Assembly: GCA_035468985.1 (NCBI GenBank)
Contig: DATISF010000069.1
Coordinates: 18,059 to 82,058 of the forward strand
Direction of reading: 5' to 3'
Source: Thermoanaerobaculia bacterium
Lineage (GTDB): Bacteria; Acidobacteriota; Thermoanaerobaculia; Gp7-AA8
Length of the DNA stretch: 64,000 bases
A program made the translations under genes and the position numbers. Positions 36,601 through 44,941 of the stretch are shown one piece after another (the first letter of the stretch is position 1; every line of letters starts with the position of its first letter). The notes under the pieces were generated by a model. It worked only from the letters and a program-made list of their open reading frames with translations, did not search any database and was not told where the DNA came from.

Positions 36601-38363
36601 TCCAGTACGTGCAGGCCAGCACTTCGTACGACGCCTCCCGCACGTTTGTGGTCACGAACACCGGACCGTCGGACGCGGACGGCGTCACGTTGACGTTCAC
36701 GGAATCGCCGACCGTCGCAAGCCTCTCGGGAACCGGCTGCTCGCAGAATGGTTACGGCTCGCTTCTCTGCGTCCTCGGTTCATTGGCCGCCGGCGAGAGC
36801 CGCACGGTGAGCATCGGCCGTTACACCTCCGGAGGCCTGTACAACAGCGCTTATCCTCCCGGCTACACGATCACGGCCAGCGTGTCGACGCTGACTGCCG
36901 AGGCCGACCTCAGCGACAACAGCGTGACGAAAATGGTCTCGAGCGACGGCTCCATGGCCCTGCCGCCGTTCCTCACCTCATCGCTCGCCGCCACACTCGA
37001 CTATCTCGCCCCCTACACCAGCACAGCCACGCAGACGGTCTCGCTGACATCGTCCAATGCGGCGGTTGCAGTCACGCCCACCAGCGCAACCATTCCGCCC
37101 GGCGAGCGTCATACGACGTTCACTCTGCAGCCCGGCGATGTGACCGGCTCGACGAAGCTCACCATTGGCAGTTACGGTCCGTCGCTGAATATCGCCATCG
37201 TCGCCTCCAGCTCGGTCGCAAAACTCGACCCCATGATGGTCGTTACTTTGCCGTACTCCACGAAGTACGGTCAGGACGTTCAAATCCCCGCGCGCGTGGC
37301 CGCCCGGGCGGCGGATGGCACATACCCGAGCGGCGTTTTGAAACTGCTCGACGACCAGCTGAACATGGTCGATCAACAAACACTCGACGCCACGGCCTCG
37401 GTGAAATTCGTCCTCAGCGGCCTGTCAACAGGCTCGCACCAGTACAGTCTCCAATACGACGGCGATTCGCTCTTCACAGCATTGACGGTTCCGATGGGCC
37501 TCTTTTACATCAGCCCTTACTACACGTCGATGCGGATCGTCGCCGCGCCGGTGACCTGCGACAACACGGTCGACGTCGCGGTGATCGTATCGACGAGCGA
37601 TACGACGCAGGCACCCACGGGGAGCATCTCGGTCTCGGCTCTCGATCAGACCGTGCAGGCGACGCTCGTTCCAACCGGTGTGAACGGGACTGCCCAGGCT
37701 ACGGTTCAACTTCCCATCGGGACCGCCGCCACATATATCTCGGCAACGTACACGCCGACCGGTGCTTTCTCCTCGACCAACACCTCGAGGCAGATCAGCG
37801 TCGGATGCGCGTCCTCGATGAACCTGGTCGCCACCGCGACCGCCATCAATCGCGTGATGCTGACGTGGAGCGGCACGGCCTCGACCTACGAGGTCTATCG
37901 ATATACCTACGACTCTTATTACGCGAACTGGTCATTCCTCGGATATGCCGGAACGACCCAATACCTCGACAGCGCCGTGCTTGCGGGCCGCTCGTACCTC
38001 TACCGCGTGCGTCCGACAGGCAGCACCGCGTATTCAGCGCCGGACCTGGCGACCACGGTGATGTTCGCGGACGATCCCATCGTCGCGCAGGTCACATCGG
38101 TCAAAGCGACCCACTTCTCAGAGCTTCTCGCCGCCGCGAATAGCGTCCGTCAGCTTGCCGGATTCGCAAACGCGTCCTTCGCGACGCCTCCCGCTGCCGG
38201 CGGCCTGGTGAGAGCGACTCCGATTCTCGAACTGCGGGCCGCCATCGCCGAGGCCCGACGCTACCTGGCGCAGCCCGAGGTGACGTACACGGATCCGTCA
38301 CTCGCAGCCGGGATGCTCATCAAGGCGGCCCACCTCCAGGAACTGCGCAACGCGGTGAAGTAG
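33690..38363 (+). CDS. Giant secreted ELWxxDGT-repeat protein with Calx-beta, Ig-like and FN3-like domains
   Basis: Signal peptide (MKCLVSAVVAVLCASAAHA). About 17 tandem repeats with the core ELW/LW-x-SDGT-x-AGT (ELWKSDGTEAGT, ELWMSDGTAAGT, EVWRSDGTVAGT, ELWTSDGSTAGT...), as in the ELWxxDGT repeat family. Then a Calx-beta-like block (VAFVTSDGTATAGADYVAANGTVVFAAGASEAFIDVTV), DUF11/CARDB-like and Ig-like segments, FN3 (YEVYRYTY...YLYRVRPTG), and a conserved C-terminal tandem motif module. Start may be 33666/33690/33714. Confidence 0.85.
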   Translation: MRPVLPRSMKCLVSAVVAVLCASAAHAQAPYLVTDLNTSYTPNAVSSSPRYFVAAGSTVFFAGSSDAAGAELFTTDGTTVDLVKDIVPGSLGSGPANLVPLSGSTVIFSASDPVNGRELWKSDGTEAGTVLVKDIYVGAQTSGAQPVAAMSGHVFLLASSTGQLRDAWVTDGTDTGTKKLVDSPDARGFFVLGGFMYFYSGTTLWRSDGTPEGTTAVRTDLTIRTMTVAGGHLFFAGWDSAHGYELWMSDGTAAGTILLKDINPGAGSSFNTTGTFSLVPVGASIVFFAYDPTNGWSLWHSDGTPDGTVPFKSYPAWSSSAIPPLLSSAGGLAFFSSAGLWRTDGSELGTIKLGTVTDPSSYVAGTSKVFFFGRNSSGLFRLWSTDGSDAGTTIVSPSVAPGSPTEIAWAGGQLFFSGSDGTTGSEPWVSHGTEGGTHLIANMASDPPASSNPDLLRGTTGRVFFTATNSGPREVWTSDGTAAGTIPLTNFLGAKTFGFFSAWKGNLFFTTTAYTTTTEYSLYLSDGTAAGTSELQKIYVSLFFPSSGYFYFTAPSDSSTYGSREPWRTDGTQAGTIDLSTGTTSKPSEPWAFVELGGRVYFEAGDPRGIWQTDGTPASTQRLTTHPSNYTSISAGMVAAAGALYYSLNSSPYGTELWRTDPNRRRTDVIDIRPGTPSSTPDQLTAAGPLVFFTADDGTAGREVWRSDGTVAGTFMVRDVMPGTGSSSPRSLTAVGNRLFFVANDGLDGFELWTSDGSTAGTELVADLAPGAASFSPDSLVAADGLLWFSADDGSTGRELWKSDGTPGGTQRVADLNPGATGSDPRQLVVAGRELFFNAQTSLGRELWALALNPTAYTIDDARVLEGNTGTTQLHFKVTRSGDLSQASSVAFVTSDGTATAGADYVAANGTVVFAAGASEAFIDVTVNGDTQMEDDESLSVTISSPTLGVLQNNVATGIIEEDDRSAALSIQYVQASTSYDASRTFVVTNTGPSDADGVTLTFTESPTVASLSGTGCSQNGYGSLLCVLGSLAAGESRTVSIGRYTSGGLYNSAYPPGYTITASVSTLTAEADLSDNSVTKMVSSDGSMALPPFLTSSLAATLDYLAPYTSTATQTVSLTSSNAAVAVTPTSATIPPGERHTTFTLQPGDVTGSTKLTIGSYGPSLNIAIVASSSVAKLDPMMVVTLPYSTKYGQDVQIPARVAARAADGTYPSGVLKLLDDQLNMVDQQTLDATASVKFVLSGLSTGSHQYSLQYDGDSLFTALTVPMGLFYISPYYTSMRIVAAPVTCDNTVDVAVIVSTSDTTQAPTGSISVSALDQTVQATLVPTGVNGTAQATVQLPIGTAATYISATYTPTGAFSSTNTSRQISVGCASSMNLVATATAINRVMLTWSGTASTYEVYRYTYDSYYANWSFLGYAGTTQYLDSAVLAGRSYLYRVRPTGSTAYSAPDLATTVMFADDPIVAQVTSVKATHFSELLAAANSVRQLAGFANASFATPPAAGGLVRATPILELRAAIAEARRYLAQPEVTYTDPSLAAGMLIKAAHLQELRNAVK

Positions 38364-38387
38364 ACTGGGTCGGTCCCGGTCATCGCC

Positions 38388-39284
38388 ATGGTTCGCATGG
38401 TCCTCGTCTATCCGCTGAAGATCGGCGCGCTCGCGCTGATCTTCTGGTTTCTCGTTCGCCAACGGCTTCCGCAGACACCCGCCATCGTCGTGGCCATCGT
38501 CCTGGCGATCCTGTTTCACATCGCCATCGCGGCCTGGCTGACGAGCCGCCGGCGCCTGGCCGACGCGCGCCTCCTGCAGAACACTCTTCGGGGAGAGGTG
38601 CCGCGAGACGGTCAGCGGATCGCCCTGGCCGGAACGATCGAGCCTGAAGGCGAGACGCTGCGAACGCCCTTCGGCGTAGTGCCTTGCGTTCTCTACTCGT
38701 ACGAGATCTATCGGATGGTGCAATCGCGGAGCTCGTCCTCGTCGTCGACCTCGACCACGACCCGCGTGACCGATTTCTCCGGCGTCGCCCTCGCGCCCTC
38801 GGTCATCCGAACGAGCAACGGACGATTCGCGATCTGCGGATTTCCCTACCTCACCGATCCCGTTCGGGAGAGCGGACGCGAGCCCGCGCGACTGGCAAAC
38901 GCCCGCGATTACATCGCGCGGTCCGAATTTGCGCGCACGATCCCGTTCGCCGGCGAGCTTGCGGCACTCGACCACGCCATGATGACGACCGCAAGGTCTC
39001 TTCGCTTCGACTGGCAGATGACAGACGGCGACCGGATCGGCGAAGCCACGCTCCAGGAAGAGTACGTTCCCCCGTCGACACGCATGTGCGCCCTCGGCGT
39101 CTACTCCGCCGCAGACAAGGGACTCGTGCCCGGCCGGGGCGCGGAGGAACGCATCCGCCTCATCGCCGGCGAAGGCCCGGACGTCCTGCAGGGACTGACG
39201 GGCGGCGCGCGCTACTCGCAGGTGCTTACCGCGGTGATGGTGCTGATCGTTGCCGGCGCGCTCTCGTACATCTTGCTGCGATGA
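38388..39284 (+). CDS. Integral membrane protein of unknown function
   Basis: Two N-terminal and one C-terminal hydrophobic helices. Ser/Thr-rich linker (SRSSSSSSTSTTTRV). Its last 28 codons lie inside the left 164-bp direct repeat. Confidence 0.6.
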   Translation: MVRMVLVYPLKIGALALIFWFLVRQRLPQTPAIVVAIVLAILFHIAIAAWLTSRRRLADARLLQNTLRGEVPRDGQRIALAGTIEPEGETLRTPFGVVPCVLYSYEIYRMVQSRSSSSSSTSTTTRVTDFSGVALAPSVIRTSNGRFAICGFPYLTDPVRESGREPARLANARDYIARSEFARTIPFAGELAALDHAMMTTARSLRFDWQMTDGDRIGEATLQEEYVPPSTRMCALGVYSAADKGLVPGRGAEERIRLIAGEGPDVLQGLTGGARYSQVLTAVMVLIVAGALSYILLR

Positions 39285-39361
39285 GGTCACGGGAAGAAAG
39301 CGCTGCGCCGGCACGGTTCCGTTCGGCATGCGCAAAATCCTCGCTCTGACCACCCTCGTCA
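39198..39361. repeat. Left copy of a 164-bp direct repeat (junction segment: 3' end of membrane-protein gene + 5' end of TPR lipoprotein gene)
   Basis: Near-identical to 41698-41882 (one T/C mismatch; the right copy carries an extra 21-bp tandem duplication). Contains a truncated stub of the TPR lipoprotein start (MRKILALTTLV...). Confidence 0.9.
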
Positions 39362-39429
39362 CGCACATACGCGTCCTCGGCGGCGTCCCGCCGCTTGACG
39401 CGACGTGAACGTCTTATTCTGGAGAACGG

Positions 39430-40191
39430 ATGAATTCGAATGAATTCCGGTTCTTTAGCGAATCGGAGAAGCGGTTCCCTGATTGCACGTCCCTGCCAAT
39501 CGGATTGTTGATCAAATCGCTGTTCGTCAAAGCGCGCCGCCGTTCCTGGGGACGACTCGCCGACCGCAATGCACGTCTCGTATGGACGACCAGTGCGGTC
39601 AGCGACGCCGAAGGTCCCACGGCGAATGTGCGCAACTATCTCGACCACTGCACGATCCGCAACATCCTGACGGACGTGGCAGGGGGTCGTAAACTTTCGC
39701 GGGCCTGCGAGCTCGGGTGTGGCTACGGCCGAGTCATCATGGTTCTCAAGGAGTTTGCTGACTACGTGACTGGCTTCGAACGGGAGCAGGTGCTTGTTGA
39801 CGTTGCCAGCGGACTTCTTCCTGAGATTACGTTCCAGCGCGTGGACAGCCTGGCAACCGTCCAAGATGAGCCGTACGACCTGGCGATGATCTGTACAGTC
39901 CTGCAGCATCTGACGGATGATGAGGCGCGACGCGTGTGCGAAGCCCTCAAATCGCTGGCAAGGCGCGGTCACGTTCTCATCATTGAGAAAACCGAGCCTT
40001 TCCGAATTACAACCAACATCGAGCAGGGATCGCAGTTCATCTCTCGGGACCGTTCTGTACAGACGTACGAGGATTACATGCGGCCGTTCCGGCTCGTGCG
40101 TACGTACGAACGGCACGTGGAACCCTCTTATGGGAATCCGAGCCCGGGCACGTGCATGCTGTTTCAGAGTCCGGACTCATCGAACGCTTGA
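39430..40191 (+). CDS. Class I SAM-dependent methyltransferase
   Basis: SAM-binding motif I ELGCGYGRV and motif post-I/II DLAMICTVLQHL. GGAGAA RBS upstream of the ATG. Confidence 0.75.
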   Translation: MNSNEFRFFSESEKRFPDCTSLPIGLLIKSLFVKARRRSWGRLADRNARLVWTTSAVSDAEGPTANVRNYLDHCTIRNILTDVAGGRKLSRACELGCGYGRVIMVLKEFADYVTGFEREQVLVDVASGLLPEITFQRVDSLATVQDEPYDLAMICTVLQHLTDDEARRVCEALKSLARRGHVLIIEKTEPFRITTNIEQGSQFISRDRSVQTYEDYMRPFRLVRTYERHVEPSYGNPSPGTCMLFQSPDSSNA

Positions 40192-40925
40192 GAGTCCTAA
40201 TCGGGCCGTCCACATTTGCAGTCGGGGATGCGTCGCCCCTGGTGCGACCGCGCGACTCGGGATCGGACGTCGTTCCGAATCCTCACGGCCGAAAACTCAC
40301 CGCTGAGGAGATGAAGGCGCTTCTTCCCGGAATCCAGGGTCTGCGCGCCGGTCTCGAGCCGCTGACGCGTGATGTTCTGAAAGGTTCGGAACTGAAAGGT
40401 GATCTCGTGTGTGGGAGCAGGTCTCTCGAACGTCGACTTGACCGCGGGCGGCGAGATTGGAATCGCCGTTCGCAACACGCCCGACGCTCCCTCCGACGCG
40501 ATGGCAGGCTCACGGTGGGAGTCATGATCCTGCTCCTGCGCCGTGTCCCTCAGATGGACAGGGATCTCCACGCGGGAAAATGGAGCAAGCAGATCGGGCG
40601 GCAGCTTGCCGGAAAAACGGTGGTCAATTGCGGTTTCGGCCGAATTGGCCGGTGGGAGGCCGAGCTGCTCCGCCCATTCGGCGTTTGTCTTCGGGCCGTT
40701 GATCCCTACGCCGGGATCGACTCGGGCGTGCCGGTGCGGTCATTCGAGGAGGCGCTCGCGATCGCGGATGTCATTACGATCCATGTCTCCGGTGAGGAGC
40801 AGATTCTTGGCCGACAGGAATTTGACCGCATCAAACGCGGCGCATTCCCTCTGAACGGCAGTCGCGGCATCGTGGTCGACGAGGCAGTCAACAACCTCCT
40901 GCGCGCACTCTTTGAAGACCAATGA
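40152..40925 (+). pseudogene. D-isomer-specific 2-hydroxyacid dehydrogenase family, degraded/truncated
   Basis: NAD-binding Rossmann segment GKTVVNCGFGRIGRW...VDPY...ITIHVSG is present. The protein is only 257 aa: the middle is an aberrant Arg-rich stretch, and the ORF stops where the catalytic His/Glu C-terminal region should begin. Confidence 0.5.
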
Positions 40926-41674
40926 CCGACTACCGAGAGCTGATGTCTGTCGCGGTGAGGGCCGCCGAGGCTGCCGGTGAGTTGCTTCGCACGAACGCGC
41001 GGCCGCAGATCATTTCCGACCACGAGCACGACGTGAAGATCGATGCCGACCTCCGAGCCGAGGCAGTGATCATCGACCAGATCCGGCAGCAGTCCGGTGC
41101 ACCAATCCTGACCGAGGAATCGGGAGACGTTGCGGGGACCTCATCCACGGATCTCCGATGGATCGTTGATCCGCTCGACGGCACGTACAACTATTTTCGG
41201 GGGATACCGCTGGCGGCCGTCTCGATCGCCGTGTGGCGTGGCGATTCGCCACTCATCGGGGTCGTCCATGATTTCTTCCGTAACGAGATGTTCAGGGGAG
41301 TGGTGGGCGAAGGGGCGTGGCTGAACGACACGCCGATTGGAGTGCGCACCGAAACCAGCACGCGATCATCTGTTCTCTGCACGGGGGTCCCGGCAGCCGA
41401 CGATTTTTCGGCCGACGCCCTCATTCGCTTCGCGTCCGCCTTTCGAGACTACAAGAAGGTACGATTGGTCGGCAGCGCCGCGCTCTCCCTTGCGTGGCTG
41501 GCCGCCGGCCGTGTCGATGAATACCGGGAAAACAACATCAAACTTTGGGACGTCGCCGCGGGTCTCGCTCTCGTGCGTGCGGCCGGCGGTAGCGTCGAAA
41601 TGACTCCTTCCGATGCACGGCACGCGTGGAAGGTGCGAGCAACCGGTGCCGGCGCGCGAACGTCCTTGCTCTGA
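40922..41674 (+). CDS. Inositol monophosphatase family protein (IMPase/SuhB-like)
   Basis: Motifs TEESG, WIVDPLDGTYNYFRG, and WDVAAGLALVRAAGG are typical of the IMPase/FIG superfamily. Confidence 0.8.
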   Translation: MTDYRELMSVAVRAAEAAGELLRTNARPQIISDHEHDVKIDADLRAEAVIIDQIRQQSGAPILTEESGDVAGTSSTDLRWIVDPLDGTYNYFRGIPLAAVSIAVWRGDSPLIGVVHDFFRNEMFRGVVGEGAWLNDTPIGVRTETSTRSSVLCTGVPAADDFSADALIRFASAFRDYKKVRLVGSAALSLAWLAAGRVDEYRENNIKLWDVAAGLALVRAAGGSVEMTPSDARHAWKVRATGAGARTSLL

Positions 41675-41697
41675 GATCGGCCGCCCGCCATGCGTTT

Positions 41698-41882
41698 ACG
41701 GGCGGCGCGCGCTACTCGCAGGTGCTTACCGCGGCGATGGTGCTGATCGTTGCCGGCGCGCTCTCGTACATCTTGCTGCGATGAGGTCATGGGTTGCTGC
41801 GATGAGGTCACGGGAAGAAAGCGCTGCGCCGGCACGGTTCCGTTCGGCATGCGCAAAATCCTCGCTCTGACCACCCTCGTCA
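41698..41882. repeat. Right copy of the direct repeat (185 bp = 164 bp + 21-bp internal tandem duplication)
   Basis: Matches 39198-39361. Includes a remnant of the membrane-protein 3' end (28 codons) and the intact start of the TPR lipoprotein gene. Tandem unit is gctgcgatgaggtca[t/c]ggg. Confidence 0.9.
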
Positions 41883-43270
41883 TCTTTGTGTTCGGTGATG
41901 CGTACGCCACCTGCGGCGGTGGCGGAGGAGGAGGAATGGGTGGGGTCACGCGCGGCGGATTCGGTCCGACGACAACGCAGCCAGCGGACGCCCCACCGCG
42001 CGCCTACGTGGTGCCCTGGCGCATTCTCAAGAAAGAGGATGCGCCGCTGACGAATCCCGTCATCGTCTACTGGTTCGCGGCGACGCCGGACGAGATGAAC
42101 ACGAGCGAACTGGTCAGCTCGCGCATGCTGACGCTCTACTCCGCGCAATGCATCGGCATGCAGCTCGTGAAGCCGGACGACAAGGAGACGATCGCCAAGT
42201 GGAACGTCGACGGCAAGCAGCCGGTCGCGCTGCTCGTGAGCGCCGGCAAGGAAGTGGCGCGGGCCACCGCCGACAACGGCGCCCTTCACGCCGCGGACGT
42301 CGAGAACATGATCCATCACGAGCTTTACCTGCGCCAGGTCGCGCTCGATGAGGATCTTGCGAGCGCGCAGAAGAAAGCCGAATCGGGCGATCGCGACGGC
42401 GCCGTCTCCGCGTATCAGAGAGTCTGGGAGCAGCGCTGCCTCGTTCCGGATCGGGGGCGCCAGGCACAGAAGGCCTTGAAGCGCCTCGGCGTCACGGTCA
42501 AAGACGCCGCGTTGCGCGCGAGCGATCCGATCGCCACCGCCGCGGTGAACGCGCGAATGACCGAAGCGATGGATCGCGCGCTGGCGGCGGAAATCGCCGG
42601 GCAGTACGAGCGCGCGAAGACGCTCTACATCGCAGCCTCGAAGATCGATCCGGCAGACCCTGTTCCCGCCCGTTTCCTCGGCGAGCTTTATCGTCACCAG
42701 ACCGGCGAGTGGACACTGGCCCGGCAGACGTTCGACCGGCTGCTCACGATGCAGCCCGACCCGCTCTCACGCGCGGTCGCGCTTCACGGCATCGGCAAGA
42801 TGACCATTCACATGGGTGACTCGGCGAAAGGATTGGAGCTCTTCCACGCGTCGATCGCCGCCTACCCGCTGGCCCTCACCTATCGCAACCTCGCCGTCTA
42901 CTGGAATTCGGAACGCAATCGCGCCAAAGCCGACGGATACGTGAAGGAAGCGCTCGCGCTCGATCCCGATGATCCGTACAACCTCGTGTTCGCGGCGACG
43001 TACATGGCCGACAGCGGCCGCGGCGAGGAAGCTCTCCGCATTGCGAACGCGAATCAGAATCTTCTCAGCGCCTCGTACAACCTCGCAGCGATCTACGCAC
43101 TCCTCGGCAACAAGGGCAAAGCGATGGAGCTGCTGCACCGGCATTTCTACACGTACGAACGTTATGACGCCGTGCGGGCCAAGGAGATGTGGGAGGCGCG
43201 CGTCGACTACGTCTTCGCGTCACTGAAGAATGACCCGGGATTCGTGAAGCTCACGGCGATGGCGCAATAA
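41849..43270 (+). CDS. TPR-repeat lipoprotein
   Basis: Lipoprotein signal MRKILALTTLVIFVFGDAYATC, a Gly-run, then multiple TPR-like helical repeats (LALDPDDPYNLVFAATYMADSGRGEEALRI..., AAIYALLGNKGKAMELL). Confidence 0.7.
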   Translation: MRKILALTTLVIFVFGDAYATCGGGGGGGMGGVTRGGFGPTTTQPADAPPRAYVVPWRILKKEDAPLTNPVIVYWFAATPDEMNTSELVSSRMLTLYSAQCIGMQLVKPDDKETIAKWNVDGKQPVALLVSAGKEVARATADNGALHAADVENMIHHELYLRQVALDEDLASAQKKAESGDRDGAVSAYQRVWEQRCLVPDRGRQAQKALKRLGVTVKDAALRASDPIATAAVNARMTEAMDRALAAEIAGQYERAKTLYIAASKIDPADPVPARFLGELYRHQTGEWTLARQTFDRLLTMQPDPLSRAVALHGIGKMTIHMGDSAKGLELFHASIAAYPLALTYRNLAVYWNSERNRAKADGYVKEALALDPDDPYNLVFAATYMADSGRGEEALRIANANQNLLSASYNLAAIYALLGNKGKAMELLHRHFYTYERYDAVRAKEMWEARVDYVFASLKNDPGFVKLTAMAQ

Positions 43271-43290
43271 CGACATACAATATCGAGGCC

Positions 43291-43779
43291 ATGAGGATGA
43301 AACCGGCAGTGGTCGCGCTTCTTCTGATCGCCACCTTTGCCACGGCGGCCCTGGCGCAGGAATTCGGGCGCGTTTCCGGCGGCGAGGTGGATCTCGCGGT
43401 CAAGTCGCCGTCGAAGCTTTCCGGATCGCTGGAGATGGGCCTTCCGTTCTTCTCGGGCAACGGTTCCCGGCGCTACGAGGCCTCGATCGGCGGAACACTC
43501 TTGAAGGACCGCCTGTGGTTCTTCGGAACGGCGCAGCAGATGGACCTGAGCGGCTTCGATGCGAAACTGAACGCCGCGGTCGGCGAGCGCCAAAGCCTCG
43601 ACGCCGCGCTTCATTCCGCACGACCGGCCAACAACACGTCGACCGCGACGCCGAATCTAACGGTTCCCTCGTCGTTCCTGTCCCTTCACTACGCGGGGAT
43701 CATCTCGAGCAACTCGTTCTTCACCGCGACGTTCTCGCGGAGCTCGGGCTCGCGGACGGCGCTCACCCCTTTCGAGTAG
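43291..43779 (+). CDS. Secreted hypothetical protein
   Basis: Signal peptide MRMKPAVVALLLIATFATAALAQ. 162 aa with no recognisable domain. Confidence 0.45.
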   Translation: MRMKPAVVALLLIATFATAALAQEFGRVSGGEVDLAVKSPSKLSGSLEMGLPFFSGNGSRRYEASIGGTLLKDRLWFFGTAQQMDLSGFDAKLNAAVGERQSLDAALHSARPANNTSTATPNLTVPSSFLSLHYAGIISSNSFFTATFSRSSGSRTALTPFE

Positions 43780-44755
43780 CGTCGCCGCACAGCTCGCGCA
43801 TCTTGTTCGCGTCGCCTCGCAATACGTTCCCGACGTAGTAATCGAGCATCGACCGGACGAACTTCGGATCGTCCTTCGCGATGAGCGAAGCGGCATCCTT
43901 CATCCAGCCATCGATACAGGTCTGCTTCGGCTCCGACGACGCGGCACAGGCGGTGAGATCGCGAAATGACTTGCGGTACGTCTCGAACGCCGGGCGCGAC
44001 ATCGGATCACCGTGACCCGGAATGAGAATCGAGAAGCGGACCTTTGCCAGATCGTCGAGCGCCGCCGACCACCGGGCCGGGCAGGCGGTGTCGAAGAACG
44101 GCACGGGCAAAGTCACCAGATCGCCGGAGACGAGAACGCGCGATGCGCGGTCATACAGCCAGAGATCGCCCGCCGTGACCGCATACGACTCGAGGTTCAC
44201 ATCGATCGAGCGGCCGGGGAACCTGACGCTGTGCGAGGTACGGATGATCACATCGGGCGCCAGCGCGTCCGCGCGTTCGATCAGGTGCAGGTCAATCTCG
44301 AACGTCTCCTTTTGTGCGGGGTTGCTCTCGTTCTTCAGCGCGTCCTGGAGCTGCGCGTGGTATCGCTTCAGGAATCCCTCGCGCGCTTCCGCGAACGCCG
44401 AGCTCGCGTAAATCTTCACCGACGGATACTCGCGCCGCAGCAGCGCGTTGCCTCCGATGTGATCGAGATGCCAGTGCGTGTTCACGATCGTCGTGACCGG
44501 CCTGCCGAGGGCGCGGGCGAGATCGACGATCTTGCGGGTGTGGCTCTCGTGACGCCCGGTATCGACGACGAGGAGCCGCCGCTTCCCGCGAAAGATGATC
44601 GTGTTCCCGTCCGGCTGCTGGCCCGGGACAAACGAACCGGGAACGAGGATGACGCCGCGTGCGACATCGACGGTGCCGGGAGGCGGAGCGGACGCGGAAG
44701 CGATTGCGCTGAAAGCGACGAGCAGAAGTGCCGCGGCCGGCGTGTTCGCTGGCAT
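43763..44755 (-). CDS. Secreted MBL-fold metallo-hydrolase
   Basis: Signal peptide, then metallo-beta-lactamase fold motif HWHLDHIGG and a downstream His (IPGHGDP). Confidence 0.8.
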   Translation of the reverse strand: MPANTPAAALLLVAFSAIASASAPPPGTVDVARGVILVPGSFVPGQQPDGNTIIFRGKRRLLVVDTGRHESHTRKIVDLARALGRPVTTIVNTHWHLDHIGGNALLRREYPSVKIYASSAFAEAREGFLKRYHAQLQDALKNESNPAQKETFEIDLHLIERADALAPDVIIRTSHSVRFPGRSIDVNLESYAVTAGDLWLYDRASRVLVSGDLVTLPVPFFDTACPARWSAALDDLAKVRFSILIPGHGDPMSRPAFETYRKSFRDLTACAASSEPKQTCIDGWMKDAASLIAKDDPKFVRSMLDYYVGNVLRGDANKMRELCGDATRKG

Positions 44756-44941
44756 GTCAGCGAGGTGATACGGCGCGCCGGCGGCGCTGTTTCAGTTCCT
44801 GGCGACGCTAACGCCACTCGCCCTGCAATCCGAACGCGGCCCAGTCATGCGGGTTGGACCAGCGCGGCTTACATTGCTGAACGAGCCCAAGTCTAACGCC
44901 GCGCGGCGCCTGCGTGTGGCCGGGCGCGCACGCACTTCCGT

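Larger units (their letters stand above)
39362..41697. mobile_element. 2.3-kb inserted segment flanked by 164-bp direct repeats (putative Campbell-type/integrative insertion; no recombinase gene seen)
   Basis: Lower-GC left end (39362-39600). Carries a SAM methyltransferase, a C-terminally truncated 2-hydroxyacid dehydrogenase and an IMPase-family gene. Interrupts an otherwise contiguous junction that is duplicated on both sides. Confidence 0.4.

Noticed and set aside
38298-39368. 356-aa minus-strand ORF antisense to the membrane-protein gene
   Set aside because: Antisense GC artefact with no motifs; overlaps a plausible TM protein on the plus strand.
41449-41949. Minus-strand ORF containing PPPPPPP (antisense of the Gly-run in the TPR lipoprotein) within the right direct repeat
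   Set aside because: It is the reverse complement of the GGGGGGG-encoding stretch and of repeat sequence. No independent coding evidence.
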